Notes: a model not told the origin generated them from the sequence alone. A stretch of 64,000 bases of DNA from a virus (IMGVR_UViG_3300025133_000077:10703-74702); one strand, 5' to 3'; shown: positions 37,567 to 47,943, counted from the stretch's first letter. Numbers and translations are program-made.

Positions 37567-37872
37567 GTGATCTTCACGACGATGCCGGAAGAGCAGCTGC
37601 TGGCCCTCACCGACGGCGAGGAGTGCATCCTGCAGGACGTAGACGACGCGGCGCGGGAGCGAGTCCGCTCCAAGCGCTGCCCGGAGTGCTCCCAGGGCGT
37701 GATGCCCGTCGTGGACCCAGACAAGCCGTTCGACAACCAGACCGCGGGCTTCCGGTACGTCGCCCGGTGCACCGCGTGCGGCTGCGTCTTCGATCCGGAG
37801 AGCGGGGTCATCCGCAAGATCGGCTGCTCCAGTCCCATCCTGCCTCCTACGACAGCACGAGTGGGAGGGTGA
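37567..37872 (+). CDS. antisense zinc-ribbon protein (101 aa)
   Basis: CPEC...CTAC..VFDPESG; good GC3 bias; fills the gap between two minus-strand genes; TACGCT ends 6 nt before the GTG. Confidence 0.75.
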   Translation: MIFTTMPEEQLLALTDGEECILQDVDDAARERVRSKRCPECSQGVMPVVDPDKPFDNQTAGFRYVARCTACGCVFDPESGVIRKIGCSSPILPPTTARVGG

Positions 37873-40800
37873 CCCTCAGCGCGCGGATCATGTCGCCGGG
37901 CTCCAGGTCAGCCTCATCGACCCCGCTGGTGTCCTTCCCGGGGATGAAGTAGCTGAGGCGGTTGCTGCCGTTGAAGAACTGCGGCATCGCGCCGCCGATG
38001 CGGTCCCTGGACCTGTTGCCCACAAGACGGCGATCGAGGTCGTGGGTGACCGACACCACGTAGATGTCGTGCTCCCAGTCCGACGCCTTGGCCTCCCGCA
38101 GCGCCGTCTCCACCGCCGCGGCCACCGACAACGAATCGGTGGCCTCCAGCGCCTTGATCTTCGAGCTGATCCTCTCCGCCACCGAGCTCGGGGCCTCCCC
38201 ACCGAAGTAGCGCAGCTCGATGCTGATGTAGGCGGGCAGGAAGTGCCTCGCGATGGGGTTCGCGCAAGTGGTCCGCGAGCCTGGCTCGATCAGCATCCGG
38301 TGCACGTCAGCGACGTCCGGAGAGTTCTCGTAGGCGATCTGGAGTCGCTGGCCGTTCAGCGGGATCTTGTTGATGGCCACGTCGTCCCTGCCCGCAGGCA
38401 AGAAGGAGGGGCTGAGGCGCAGCGCCACCTTCTCCTCCGGAGAGAAGGTGAAGTTCGTGTCCTCGACCTCGTAGTAGTAGCCGTCCGAGAGGTAGGTGCC
38501 GAAGACGGCCTCGAACCGCTGCTCAGCAGGCACGTTGTGCACCTCGTCGGTGCCGAGCGCCCGGGCGAGCACGTCGAAGTAGTAGAGCGAGCCCTCGCGG
38601 TTGGCCTCCATCTGGGTGCTGGAGATCCGCTGGATCCCCGGGCGGGCGATGCGGAAGGGCTGCTTGGTGCCCCGGAAGACCGCTGACGCAGGCTGATCGG
38701 CTGCCCAGGCGTAGAAGTTCGCCGTCTCGGGGTCGAGGGAGTCCGAGACACCCACCACGCTGAACGTGGCAGGGGCGCCCTCGTAGACGCGGATCCTCCG
38801 ACCGACCACGAGCTCCGTTCCCTGCTCCAGGTCCGCGGGGGCCAGTGCCGGAGCCTCGGTGATTGCCCAGATGACCGCCGTCTCCGCTCCCGCCAAGGAG
38901 CCGTCGATGGTCACCCAGGCCCCTGCCGCTCCGTCCGTGGCCAAGATCTCGTACGAGCCCACGTTGTCCGGCAGGTGCGAGCTGAAGATGGACAGGAACT
39001 TGCCGACGTCCGTACTGAGGAAGGTGTTCGGGGGAGCGTTGAACTTGGTCGGGTCCGCCGCGACGTCGTAGCTCCCGGCGGACCCGCTCTTGTTCGCCGG
39101 CAGGGAGGTATCCACCAGGGGGCGGTCCAGCTGCGCCTGCGTCGCGCTCACCACCTTGGTCACCGTGTAGCCGCCCGCGTCCGCGCCCTCTTCGATGAAG
39201 AGGAGATTGCCGACCCTCAGCGGGTTCCGGCCGTCGGCTGCCGCAGGCCCAAGACCCAGCAGGTTCACGTCCGGGGTCAGGACGGTGACGATGTTGCTGC
39301 CGTTGCGGGTGGCCACCACGATTTCGCGCACCGTGTCGGAGACCCCCGAGACGTCGGAGCGCAGGAGGATGACCTCTTCGTGGATCTCGATCTCGTCGGC
39401 GTAGGCCCGGATGCCCAGGGCCAACGGGGCCTCTCGAGTGGCTCCGGTGATCTGCAACGGCGTGAACACGTTGCCGCTCACGCTCAGCGGCCCCGAGACC
39501 TGGAGGTCTCGTGGGTAGTCCATCGGGGGCGTCGGGTCCACGGTCTCCTGAGGCGGGAGCACCTGGTAGTCCGGGGCCCGCTCATCGCCGCCGAAGAGCA
39601 CCTCCGCCGACCCGATCGTCGTGCTGAGCAGCGTGGGAACCCGGCTGTCCAACACGACCGGGTCCGCTCCGGTGCCGAAGCTGCCGATGCCGGAGGTGAA
39701 CAGGCAGCTCCACAGACCGGCCATCTTCCCGAAGGTGTAGCCCGCGCGGTACTCGGCGGCCTCCGTCGGATCCACCGGGGGCGAGAAGCTGGCGCCCGTG
39801 CCGTGCGACGTGTGGATCAGCTCCAGCTCCATGAAGGCGGTCAGCGCGATGCCGTCGGCCAGGCCCGCCGCGAACCCGGCTGCCGTGTCGGCGGTGGCCG
39901 GGGAGAGGGCGCCTCCCAGGTCCAAGCCCCAGCCGATGCCGTAGCCCTCCGAGTACCCGGTGTTGTAGGCCGCGAGCTGGTAGCCCTCGGGACGGTAGCT
40001 CTTCCCTGCCACAGCCAGGACGTCGTCCTCGTAGGTGGCGGGCAGCCCGGCCGCCAAGTCGGCGAAGGAGTAGCCGAGCTCGTCCGACCCGCCCATGGGG
40101 TCGGTCAGGCCGTCGGCGTAGCCGGCGAGGACGCCGGCGATCCAGTCCGCCTCGAGGGCGTTCCCGTCCCAGAAGTCGTCGCACCCCGTGGAGTCGTACG
40201 GGAACTGGGCGGGGTCTGCGCTGGTGGGATCGTAGAACACGACGCACCTGCCGCCGGCGTCGACCTCCATCGTCGTCGGCTCGTGGAAGTACAGGCGGAC
40301 CGTCCCTGGGCACGTTCTGGCGCCGACGCAGTACGGCACCTTCATGCCGTTCAAGACGCCAGCCAGGATCTCACTGAAGGTGACGTCGAAGGTCTCGGGC
40401 AGGTCGAAGCCCAGGGCGTTCAGGGAATCGAACACCCACGCGATGAGGTCGACCAGAAGGTCGAACGGGTCCGTGTTGTCGCCGTAGCTGTCGCAGAGCT
40501 CGGCCTCGAAGGTGGGGACCGCCGGCAGCGGGGGCACCGTCGGGAACCCAGAAGCGAACATCTCGCAGTACGGCTGCCAGGGGTCCACGGGGAACTGGCC
40601 CCGGATGCCGACGGCGCACATCTTCAGCACAGGGGTGAACTCGTCCAGACCCGTCTGGAAGGTGGCCAGCAGCTGCTGGGCTGCCTCCGTGTTGCCTCCG
40701 GGCTGGAGCTCCGCCAGCAGATCGCTGAGCAGGCTGTTGGCTGCCGCGTTGTTGGACGTCGCCTGCAGCGCCGACGCGACCGCCAGCCCTTCGATGAGGT

Positions 40801-43800
40801 GGAAGAGGTCACCGCCCTCCGTCACCTTCTGGGTCATCATCAGCCCGAGCCCGGAAGCCAGAGGCGTGACATCGAGGGACAGCTCGTACGTGGTCTCCAC
40901 CACGTAGCCGCCCGCGTTCGGACCAGAGTTGAGCTGCAGGGTGTCTCCCTGCACGGACTGGCACAGGCCGGGCTCACCGGAGGGGAGGAGGTTGATGATC
41001 TCCCGCAACAGCTGCAGAGCCTCGTCAGAGCCGATGTCTCCTCCGTCCACCGCCTGCACCCAGTCCGACATCTTGCGGAGCATCAAGTCCAGGTCGACGT
41101 CGGGGAAGGCGATGAAGAGGTTGCTGCAGCAGCCCACCAGCTCTGCGGGGATGCACACCTCGAACATGATCGAGGTGTTGACGGCGTCGTCCTCCAGGCC
41201 GATCGAAGAAGTGCGGTTCCAGTTGATCCGCATGCCTCCGTCCACGGCCTCCACCAGAGGAGGTGTGTTGGGCACGAAGGAGGGGAAGAAGGCGGAGATG
41301 GTCTTCGTCAACCAGTCGGTGATGTCGTTGACGTAGGTGCGCCCTGCCGCCGGCAGGTCGTAGTTGATGAAGATGCCTGCCGGATCCAGCGTCACGCAGA
41401 AGATGTACCCGTCGCACTCCAGGCAGTCGTCCGAGTACTTGCTGGGGGCCGACAGCAGCCGCATCAGCAGGTGGGCGGCCTGCTCTTCGGCGTCGGTGCT
41501 CGGGTCCTCGGAGGGAGCCACCGGGAAGACGTCGGCGTAGGTCAGGCCCGCCCGAAGGAACAGGGACCAGAAGTAGCCGAGCGTGTAGCCGTAGCCCCAC
41601 GCGTCGTCGAAATCCGCGGCGTCGCAGGTACCGCGGTTGGGGGTGACGAGGGCCGGGGCGGCGGGCTCGTCCGGGAACTCCTCGTAGGGGCCGCCGGCGA
41701 CGAGGGCGGTCACGATGTCGTTCCGGCCTTGCCCGAAGCCGGTGAGGATGCCCTGCGTCTCACAGGGCATGCCCGCGAGGTAGTTCAACCTCACCTGGAC
41801 GGCCAGGTTGTACCCGATGACGAAGCCGCGATCGTAGGACGCTACGTGCCGCGCGCCCACGCTGTAGTCCGGGTGATCCGACGGAGCGTTGGAGTCGAGG
41901 TAGGTGTCCGCCTCCAGCGCGGAGGTAGCCATCGAAGCAGCCCACCCATCCCCAATGCCGGCAGCGATGTCGTTGTAGACCCCTCCTGGGATGGCTACCC
42001 CGAGGTCGTCCGTGACCACGATGCTGGAGAGCTCGAGCTCGAAGAGCGACGACGAGACGTCCGGGTACGGGTCCAGGTCCAGCAGAGCTCCCGGGAGCTC
42101 GCCCAGAGGCACCAACCCTCCCTGGACCAGCTCCAGCGCGTCCTCCAGGGACGAGGGGCATGCCTCGCCCGCGTTCTCGAAGGCGAGGCCCAGCCCGGGC
42201 ATCGTGAAGCCGAGGTCTCCGCACCCGCGGGTGAACGCCCCCGTGAACGTCTGCAGGGATCGCGCTTCAACGGGGAGAGCGTACGGGACCGAGATGTCGG
42301 TGGGCTGGTCCGAGCTGTCCAGCAGGCGGATGCCTCCGGCCGGGATACGGATCAGCGGCAGCTGCACCCCAGGCTCTGCCCGGAAGATCTGGTACGACAG
42401 GCCGCTGGCGCTGTTGGACATGGGGCGGTCGATGATCGGCGTGGTGCCGCCGCCCGAGGGGTCGAACGCGCTGATCAGGTAGTCGCCGGCGTCGTCGCCC
42501 TCGAGGATGCGCAGGGTGTCTCCTCCACGCACGCCGAAGCTCAGGCTGTTGGTGCTGTTCAGCACCACGATCGAGGACCCGATGATCGTCTCCAGGTCGT
42601 TGCCGGGCGCGTCCGTGCCGAAGGGGATCTTCAGGGCGCGCGGCTGCACCAGGTCCAGCTTCAGGCCGTCCACGATCCTGAAGCGGATGCCTACGTCCGT
42701 GGCGGTCAGGTCCGCGTCGATGACCAGCTGCGTCTGCCGCACGACCAGCACTCGGTACACGCCTACATCGGCCCCCTCCTCCACGGAGAGGTACATGCCG
42801 GGGAGGACCCCGCGGTCCTCCCAGTCGATCGTGATGTCCGACGACGACACCACATTCGGTGTGGGAGTCGCCCCGAATGTCTGAAGGCTCAGGCCCACCA
42901 CGAGGGGGTCCTCGTCCTCGACGCTGACGGTCATCGTCGCCTGCGACTGCGACTGGGGACGCAACCACACGTCGTGGTGGCCCCCGATGTGGACTTCTCC
43001 GTCGTTGATCTCCACCACCCCAGCGTCGGTGATGGGGGCCTGGATCCCTCCGGGAATGTCAGAAATGCGGATCTTGCCCGGCCGGGTGATGGCCACGGAC
43101 ACTCCCGGCAAGAACCCTGGGATCGCCCCGGACACCGTGCTGGTGGGCGTGGGATCGTGGTTCAGGCGGAGCAGCAGGATGTTCGGCAGCTCGGGGAAGG
43201 CGCCGCGGCTGTCGTAGACCACCGAGTCCACCACGAAGGACTCGTGGCTCTGGCTCGGGGGCAGGCCGTAGAGGATCTTCCCGTAGTGGAGCGAGACGTT
43301 GAACCCCGGCTGGACGAACACCTCGTCGGCGATGCCGCGGTCCTCGTAGCCTGACCACACCAGGAGGCTCGTGCCGAAGACCATGCCCATGCCGGACAGG
43401 TGCAGCTTCCCTTCGCCGGCGCCCGTGAGCAGGTCACGCTGCATCTCCGGGTCGTTGTACTTGACCACCGCGGTCTGGGCGATCGTGCCCAGCTCTCGGA
43501 TGCGGGCTCGGATGCCCCGCGGGCTGGTCATCGACCGCTCGACCAGCGCTGTTCGGCCGCGCCGGAGGAAGGCGTCGTTGTCCTCGCGATCCCTGCCCGG
43601 GGAGGCGGAGGCGAGGTTGGTGACGCGGTTGTGGTTCGGGAGGCCGTCGACCCCGCTGATGGCCCCCGCCGCGACGGAGTACTCCTCTCCCGGGAACTCG
43701 GCGCGCACGAGGAACTCGGCGTAGTACTCCTCGCCCACCTTCTGTGCCGCCATCTCGACGCTGGTGACCGTCTGGGTGGAGACCGGGAAGAAGTTCAGCC

Positions 43801-44269
43801 CCGTGCCCGTGTAGAAGCGATGGGCCGGGTTCACCGACGCCGGGGTCGGAACGGTGTAGAACACCCGAACGTAGGCCGTGGGGCGCAGGCCCGTCTCTCG
43901 CTCGACGAACCAGTTGCCCATCAGGTCGTCGGCCTCGACGTCCGTCAGCAGATCCGGGCGAGCCAAGGACTGCCTCTGCTTGATCCGCAGCACCTGGTCG
44001 CTCAGCGCGCCCACGACCAGGGCCAGGGGCTTGCCCACGGCATCCATCAGCGGCTCGTCGTCGTCCAGCGCCATGGAGGGGTACTCCTTGGCGACGCGGT
44101 CCTTGACGAAGGCCATCGGAGACGTCTGGAGGGGGTCCGGGCCCAGGGCATCCAGGATCGGCGCCACCACCTCGGAGTAGAAGGCCGACCCCTCCGACAC
44201 GTCCAGTGTCGGGTCGAAAGACGTGGCTCGCTGCTGCAGGAGGGCCTTGATGTCTTCTCGGTGCGCCAT
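37847..44269 (-). CDS. giant baseplate J (wedge)-like protein (2140 aa)
   Basis: N-terminal baseplate-J pattern (AEFPGEEYSV..G.I......RVTN......G.DRED...F..R); C-terminal RHFLPAYISI. Confidence 0.75.
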   Translation of the reverse strand: MAHREDIKALLQQRATSFDPTLDVSEGSAFYSEVVAPILDALGPDPLQTSPMAFVKDRVAKEYPSMALDDDEPLMDAVGKPLALVVGALSDQVLRIKQRQSLARPDLLTDVEADDLMGNWFVERETGLRPTAYVRVFYTVPTPASVNPAHRFYTGTGLNFFPVSTQTVTSVEMAAQKVGEEYYAEFLVRAEFPGEEYSVAAGAISGVDGLPNHNRVTNLASASPGRDREDNDAFLRRGRTALVERSMTSPRGIRARIRELGTIAQTAVVKYNDPEMQRDLLTGAGEGKLHLSGMGMVFGTSLLVWSGYEDRGIADEVFVQPGFNVSLHYGKILYGLPPSQSHESFVVDSVVYDSRGAFPELPNILLLRLNHDPTPTSTVSGAIPGFLPGVSVAITRPGKIRISDIPGGIQAPITDAGVVEINDGEVHIGGHHDVWLRPQSQSQATMTVSVEDEDPLVVGLSLQTFGATPTPNVVSSSDITIDWEDRGVLPGMYLSVEEGADVGVYRVLVVRQTQLVIDADLTATDVGIRFRIVDGLKLDLVQPRALKIPFGTDAPGNDLETIIGSSIVVLNSTNSLSFGVRGGDTLRILEGDDAGDYLISAFDPSGGGTTPIIDRPMSNSASGLSYQIFRAEPGVQLPLIRIPAGGIRLLDSSDQPTDISVPYALPVEARSLQTFTGAFTRGCGDLGFTMPGLGLAFENAGEACPSSLEDALELVQGGLVPLGELPGALLDLDPYPDVSSSLFELELSSIVVTDDLGVAIPGGVYNDIAAGIGDGWAASMATSALEADTYLDSNAPSDHPDYSVGARHVASYDRGFVIGYNLAVQVRLNYLAGMPCETQGILTGFGQGRNDIVTALVAGGPYEEFPDEPAAPALVTPNRGTCDAADFDDAWGYGYTLGYFWSLFLRAGLTYADVFPVAPSEDPSTDAEEQAAHLLMRLLSAPSKYSDDCLECDGYIFCVTLDPAGIFINYDLPAAGRTYVNDITDWLTKTISAFFPSFVPNTPPLVEAVDGGMRINWNRTSSIGLEDDAVNTSIMFEVCIPAELVGCCSNLFIAFPDVDLDLMLRKMSDWVQAVDGGDIGSDEALQLLREIINLLPSGEPGLCQSVQGDTLQLNSGPNAGGYVVETTYELSLDVTPLASGLGLMMTQKVTEGGDLFHLIEGLAVASALQATSNNAAANSLLSDLLAELQPGGNTEAAQQLLATFQTGLDEFTPVLKMCAVGIRGQFPVDPWQPYCEMFASGFPTVPPLPAVPTFEAELCDSYGDNTDPFDLLVDLIAWVFDSLNALGFDLPETFDVTFSEILAGVLNGMKVPYCVGARTCPGTVRLYFHEPTTMEVDAGGRCVVFYDPTSADPAQFPYDSTGCDDFWDGNALEADWIAGVLAGYADGLTDPMGGSDELGYSFADLAAGLPATYEDDVLAVAGKSYRPEGYQLAAYNTGYSEGYGIGWGLDLGGALSPATADTAAGFAAGLADGIALTAFMELELIHTSHGTGASFSPPVDPTEAAEYRAGYTFGKMAGLWSCLFTSGIGSFGTGADPVVLDSRVPTLLSTTIGSAEVLFGGDERAPDYQVLPPQETVDPTPPMDYPRDLQVSGPLSVSGNVFTPLQITGATREAPLALGIRAYADEIEIHEEVILLRSDVSGVSDTVREIVVATRNGSNIVTVLTPDVNLLGLGPAAADGRNPLRVGNLLFIEEGADAGGYTVTKVVSATQAQLDRPLVDTSLPANKSGSAGSYDVAADPTKFNAPPNTFLSTDVGKFLSIFSSHLPDNVGSYEILATDGAAGAWVTIDGSLAGAETAVIWAITEAPALAPADLEQGTELVVGRRIRVYEGAPATFSVVGVSDSLDPETANFYAWAADQPASAVFRGTKQPFRIARPGIQRISSTQMEANREGSLYYFDVLARALGTDEVHNVPAEQRFEAVFGTYLSDGYYYEVEDTNFTFSPEEKVALRLSPSFLPAGRDDVAINKIPLNGQRLQIAYENSPDVADVHRMLIEPGSRTTCANPIARHFLPAYISIELRYFGGEAPSSVAERISSKIKALEATDSLSVAAAVETALREAKASDWEHDIYVVSVTHDLDRRLVGNRSRDRIGGAMPQFFNGSNRLSYFIPGKDTSGVDEADLEPGDMIRALRVTLPLVLS

Positions 44270-44907
44270 CAGACCGTCGCCAGGTTGAGGAGTGCATCGC
44301 CCGCTGCGGACTGGAGGCGCACTCTACTCCGCAGAGTACCCGTATCCCTATCGAAATCCACGGACAAGACCTCCGCCCCGACCAGCCTCTCTGCTGCCGG
44401 GATGTACTGGCGGGAGCGGGCTTGGCGCCGCTGAATCTGTTCCCGGGTCCGGGAGATCGCCAAGTTGTGCCGGGCCACCAAGTCCGACACCCCGGACACC
44501 GACGCAGCGTACCCCACCAAATCGCGGAGCCCTCCCCCGTCCTCGGGAGAGAAGATGTCGCTTCCGGGGGTCTGCAGCAGCAGCTTCGTGAAGCGTTGCA
44601 CGAGCCGGGTGATGCCCTCGACCACTCCCCCTCCCAGCTGGAGCCTCACCAGGGACCTCTCGGTCATGGTGACCTGCGAGCTCAGCACCATGACCTCCCG
44701 CAGCTCGGAGCGAGGGACGGGCAAGGTGGCCAGGATGGTGGTGCGGCTCTCGATCACGAAGGTGGGGGCATCCGCGCCGTTGAACAGCACGTTCTCCACG
44801 AAGCGGAAGTCCCTGCCGTGGAGGCGGTACGGCCCTTCGCTGGACAGCGCAGTGATGCGGGCCACGGGCAAGGAGTCGGCGAGCTGGATGACCTGCAGGG
44901 ACTTCAC
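44269..44907 (-). CDS. gp25/GPW-like baseplate protein with N-terminal IPT-like domain
   Basis: G.DF..V..VLFNG; GITRLVQ...K.LLQTPGS......GGGL; ERL. Confidence 0.65.
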   Translation of the reverse strand: MKSLQVIQLADSLPVARITALSSEGPYRLHGRDFRFVENVLFNGADAPTFVIESRTTILATLPVPRSELREVMVLSSQVTMTERSLVRLQLGGGVVEGITRLVQRFTKLLLQTPGSDIFSPEDGGGLRDLVGYAASVSGVSDLVARHNLAISRTREQIQRRQARSRQYIPAAERLVGAEVLSVDFDRDTGTLRSRVRLQSAAGDALLNLATV

Positions 44908-45200
44908 GGCTCCTCCTCGATTTCCCGGGCGCGTCGGAACGCCCCATCGTCACCGAACAGCGCGGCTTCCAGGCTCTCGAGCCTCTGGAGCCGCCCCGTC
45001 GCATGGGATCGGATAGTACTGGTCGGGTCCAGGTCCGCACCCTCTCCTTGCTGCGATGCGTCCAGGAAGAAGATCTGCTCCGTGATCAAGTCCTCCAGGG
45101 TGTACCCCGCCAGTGCGGTCGCCGTCGACATCGAACGCACCAGTGCGAAGGCGCCGCCCAGCGCCCGGCGAACCTCGATGCTGGCGGCGCGATCACCCAC
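44904..45200 (-). CDS. hypothetical protein
   Basis: Coupled at both ends. Confidence 0.55.
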   Translation of the reverse strand: MGDRAASIEVRRALGGAFALVRSMSTATALAGYTLEDLITEQIFFLDASQQGEGADLDPTSTIRSHATGRLQRLESLEAALFGDDGAFRRAREIEEEP

Positions 45201-47943
45201 CGAAACCTCCTATTGCTCCTCGGGGCGGCTGGAAGAGCCTGGCAGCCTTCGTGAGCTTCTCCTCGGCCGAAGATGCCGAGGAAGCTCCCTCCATCCTCAG
45301 GGACGCCGCCACGTGGTACTTGCCTCGGACCAGCAGCGACCTGAACCGATCATACCCCCGCTCCTCCAGAGCAGACAGCTGAGCCTCCGCCTGCTCCTGG
45401 GTCTCCTCAGGCACCTCCGGCACCCACGACGTCAGCACGCTGAAGAGGGTGCCCGCAGGCGCTGCGGGCACCCGCAGGCCCAGTCGCTGCAGGGCTGCCG
45501 CCGGACCTTGGCCGGGCACCTCGCCGATCTGCATGGCAGCGGCGTACACCGTCCCCACTGCGTCGAGGAGCTGGTGGGTGGAGGCCGCTCCCTGGGAGGC
45601 GGCCTCCACCCGCTGCAGCGCAGCTTCCAGCTCCAACACCCACTTCCACAGGGGTCGCATCTGCAGCGCACGCAGCGCCACGCGCAGCTCCTCGAACTCG
45701 GTGGCCAGCGAGCTGAGCACCTCGAGGTCGGCGGAAGCAAGGACGCCCTCCCCGACCTCGAAGCTCCGGCGGTCCTTCGAGATGGCTGTGATCGAGTACC
45801 TGTCCTCCCCGTTCGCCAGCCAGGCGCCCTTGAGGGCCTTGAGCACTCCCAGGTCCCGGACCGCCCGTCGCTTCTCCCCCGCGAGCCGGCCGTACACCTC
45901 GAAGGTGGTCGCGGTGCCGGGAGTGCTTCCAGAGACCAAGCCGAGCTGGGCGTGCGCCGTCCCGACGTCCACCTGGATGTGGCTCGCGAGGGAGTCGTCC
46001 AGCGACGTGAGCTGCAGCAGAGTGCGCTGCAAGGAGGACATGGTCTCCAGGTGGAGCGGGGCAAGTCTGTCGTGGAGCGGGGCCACGACCAACTCCTCGC
46101 CGACCAGAGAGGTCACGACGTAGAGCCCCACGTCGACGGCGTTGAGGATGTCCCCTGCCTGCGCCCTCGTAGCGTCGTTGGGCACCCACCTCGTCTGGGT
46201 GGAGAAGTGCCCTCTCCCGATGCCGCGCACGGACGTGGAGATCGACGCTTCCACCTCCGGGGAGGCGGACTCCGCCTCCTCCACCAGGGCCACCACGTTC
46301 TCCAGCGCGAAGTAGTCCGTGGACGCCTGGCCAGCGCCGAAGCCGAGTGCCAAGCGGTCACTGGCGGAGTAATCCGTCCACCCGAACCGGATCACTTCGG
46401 GAAAGTTGAGCGTCGCCGGATGAGCGGAGCTGAAGGGCAGCAGCAGCTCCAGGAAGGTGTTGGGTCCCGTGGCGATGGGCGCGCGGATCTCCAGCTTCCC
46501 GTCCACGACCTCCACCTCAAGGACGAAGTCGTTGCCCGGGAGGAGGTCGCCCGACACGAAGGGTGCCCACGCCAACATGGCGTCCACCACCTCCTGCATC
46601 GACTCGTACGGGTTGCCCACGCCGTGCGGGGACGCCGGGAAGAGGATGGACCGCGGGAAGGCGTACAGGCCGGGCGGCAGCGGGGTGTCGGTGGCGGTGT
46701 GCACGTACGAGGCGAAGACGGACAGGGTCAGGCCTTCCAGGGCCATCGGGAACGTACCCTCCGCCTGGAGGTAGCTCTCCCGGACCACCTGTCCCGCGTC
46801 GCCCACGACCATGGGGTCGTCGTCGAGGAGCATCAGCTTGCCGAGGCTCCTCTTGGCGAGGCCCCCGTAGCGCTGCATGCCGCTGTTCAGCTCGTCGAGC
46901 ACCTGCGCAGCGGTGCGCGGTCCCGTCGTGAGCGGTATGTCCCGCAGGAGGCCCTCGACCTCGACCAGAAGCACCCCTTCGACGACCTCGTAGGTCTCTC
47001 CGGGGATCTCGGCCTCCACCCTGTGCTGCCCGGCGCCCACCAGTTCGATGGTGCGCTGTGCCTTCCCGTTGGGGGTGTAGATCAGCGTCGCTCCGACGGG
47101 AAGGGCGTCCGGCGACCGAGAACCGATCACCGTCGCCGGCAGCAGCGGAGGGAGGGCCCGTACCTCGAGGGAGGACTTCGGGGGGAACGCGTCCGAGACG
47201 AGGGGGGATAGAGGGTGCCGGGCCCCGCGCAAGGCCTTCATGGTGGCGGGGACGGTGAGGAGCTTCAGCACCTCCTCCTGTCGCTGCGCCAGGACGTTTC
47301 CCTCTTCGGTGCGCTGCTTGTGCGCGCGCAGCAGGGCCTCCGCTCGGGCCATGACCGCGGGCCCCACCGCCCGCTGCAGGGTGTTGACGTTGAACCAGTC
47401 GGCGGCCTCGCTGAACTCCTTCAGCCCTCTCTGCAGCTTGGTCCAGGAGGCCCGGGCCTCTGCCAGCGGAGCGGTGAGGTCGGCCTGGGCCTCCGCCCTG
47501 GAACGTGCAGAGACGTCGGCGCGGTCTCTCGGCGAGAGCAGCCCGGACCCCATGACGTAGCGGGTGATGTCCTGTGCCGCGAACGCAGCAGCCTCTGAGG
47601 ACAGGGGATCCGGAACGTCGCGGCCCAGCGCCTTCAAGGCGCGAGAGAGGCCCGAGGCATCGGGGTTGGGAGGGTCGGGGAGCCGCAAGTCCGCCGTGGC
47701 CGTGATGATCTCAGCCAGTGCCGACAGAAGAGAGGCTGCCTCCTGCAGCAGCAGGTTGCGCTGCAGCACTCGATGATGGAAGAAGACGTCGGAGTGCAGG
47801 AGCAGCCCGGTCATCACCTCCCCGTGCAGGAGGCGGAACTGGTCTCGCGTGCTGCGAAGACCCATCCCCGTTCGAGGAGTTCCCTTCGACGGAGAGACCA
47901 GGGCTCCGGCCGCCGGCGCGGTGATGTTCATTGCCTTGGACAT
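45193..47943 (-). CDS. large virion-associated protein (916 aa)
   Basis: ATG 47943 with SD GGAGG; long ORF in the tail operon. Confidence 0.7.
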   Translation of the reverse strand: MSKAMNITAPAAGALVSPSKGTPRTGMGLRSTRDQFRLLHGEVMTGLLLHSDVFFHHRVLQRNLLLQEAASLLSALAEIITATADLRLPDPPNPDASGLSRALKALGRDVPDPLSSEAAAFAAQDITRYVMGSGLLSPRDRADVSARSRAEAQADLTAPLAEARASWTKLQRGLKEFSEAADWFNVNTLQRAVGPAVMARAEALLRAHKQRTEEGNVLAQRQEEVLKLLTVPATMKALRGARHPLSPLVSDAFPPKSSLEVRALPPLLPATVIGSRSPDALPVGATLIYTPNGKAQRTIELVGAGQHRVEAEIPGETYEVVEGVLLVEVEGLLRDIPLTTGPRTAAQVLDELNSGMQRYGGLAKRSLGKLMLLDDDPMVVGDAGQVVRESYLQAEGTFPMALEGLTLSVFASYVHTATDTPLPPGLYAFPRSILFPASPHGVGNPYESMQEVVDAMLAWAPFVSGDLLPGNDFVLEVEVVDGKLEIRAPIATGPNTFLELLLPFSSAHPATLNFPEVIRFGWTDYSASDRLALGFGAGQASTDYFALENVVALVEEAESASPEVEASISTSVRGIGRGHFSTQTRWVPNDATRAQAGDILNAVDVGLYVVTSLVGEELVVAPLHDRLAPLHLETMSSLQRTLLQLTSLDDSLASHIQVDVGTAHAQLGLVSGSTPGTATTFEVYGRLAGEKRRAVRDLGVLKALKGAWLANGEDRYSITAISKDRRSFEVGEGVLASADLEVLSSLATEFEELRVALRALQMRPLWKWVLELEAALQRVEAASQGAASTHQLLDAVGTVYAAAMQIGEVPGQGPAAALQRLGLRVPAAPAGTLFSVLTSWVPEVPEETQEQAEAQLSALEERGYDRFRSLLVRGKYHVAASLRMEGASSASSAEEKLTKAARLFQPPRGAIGGFGG

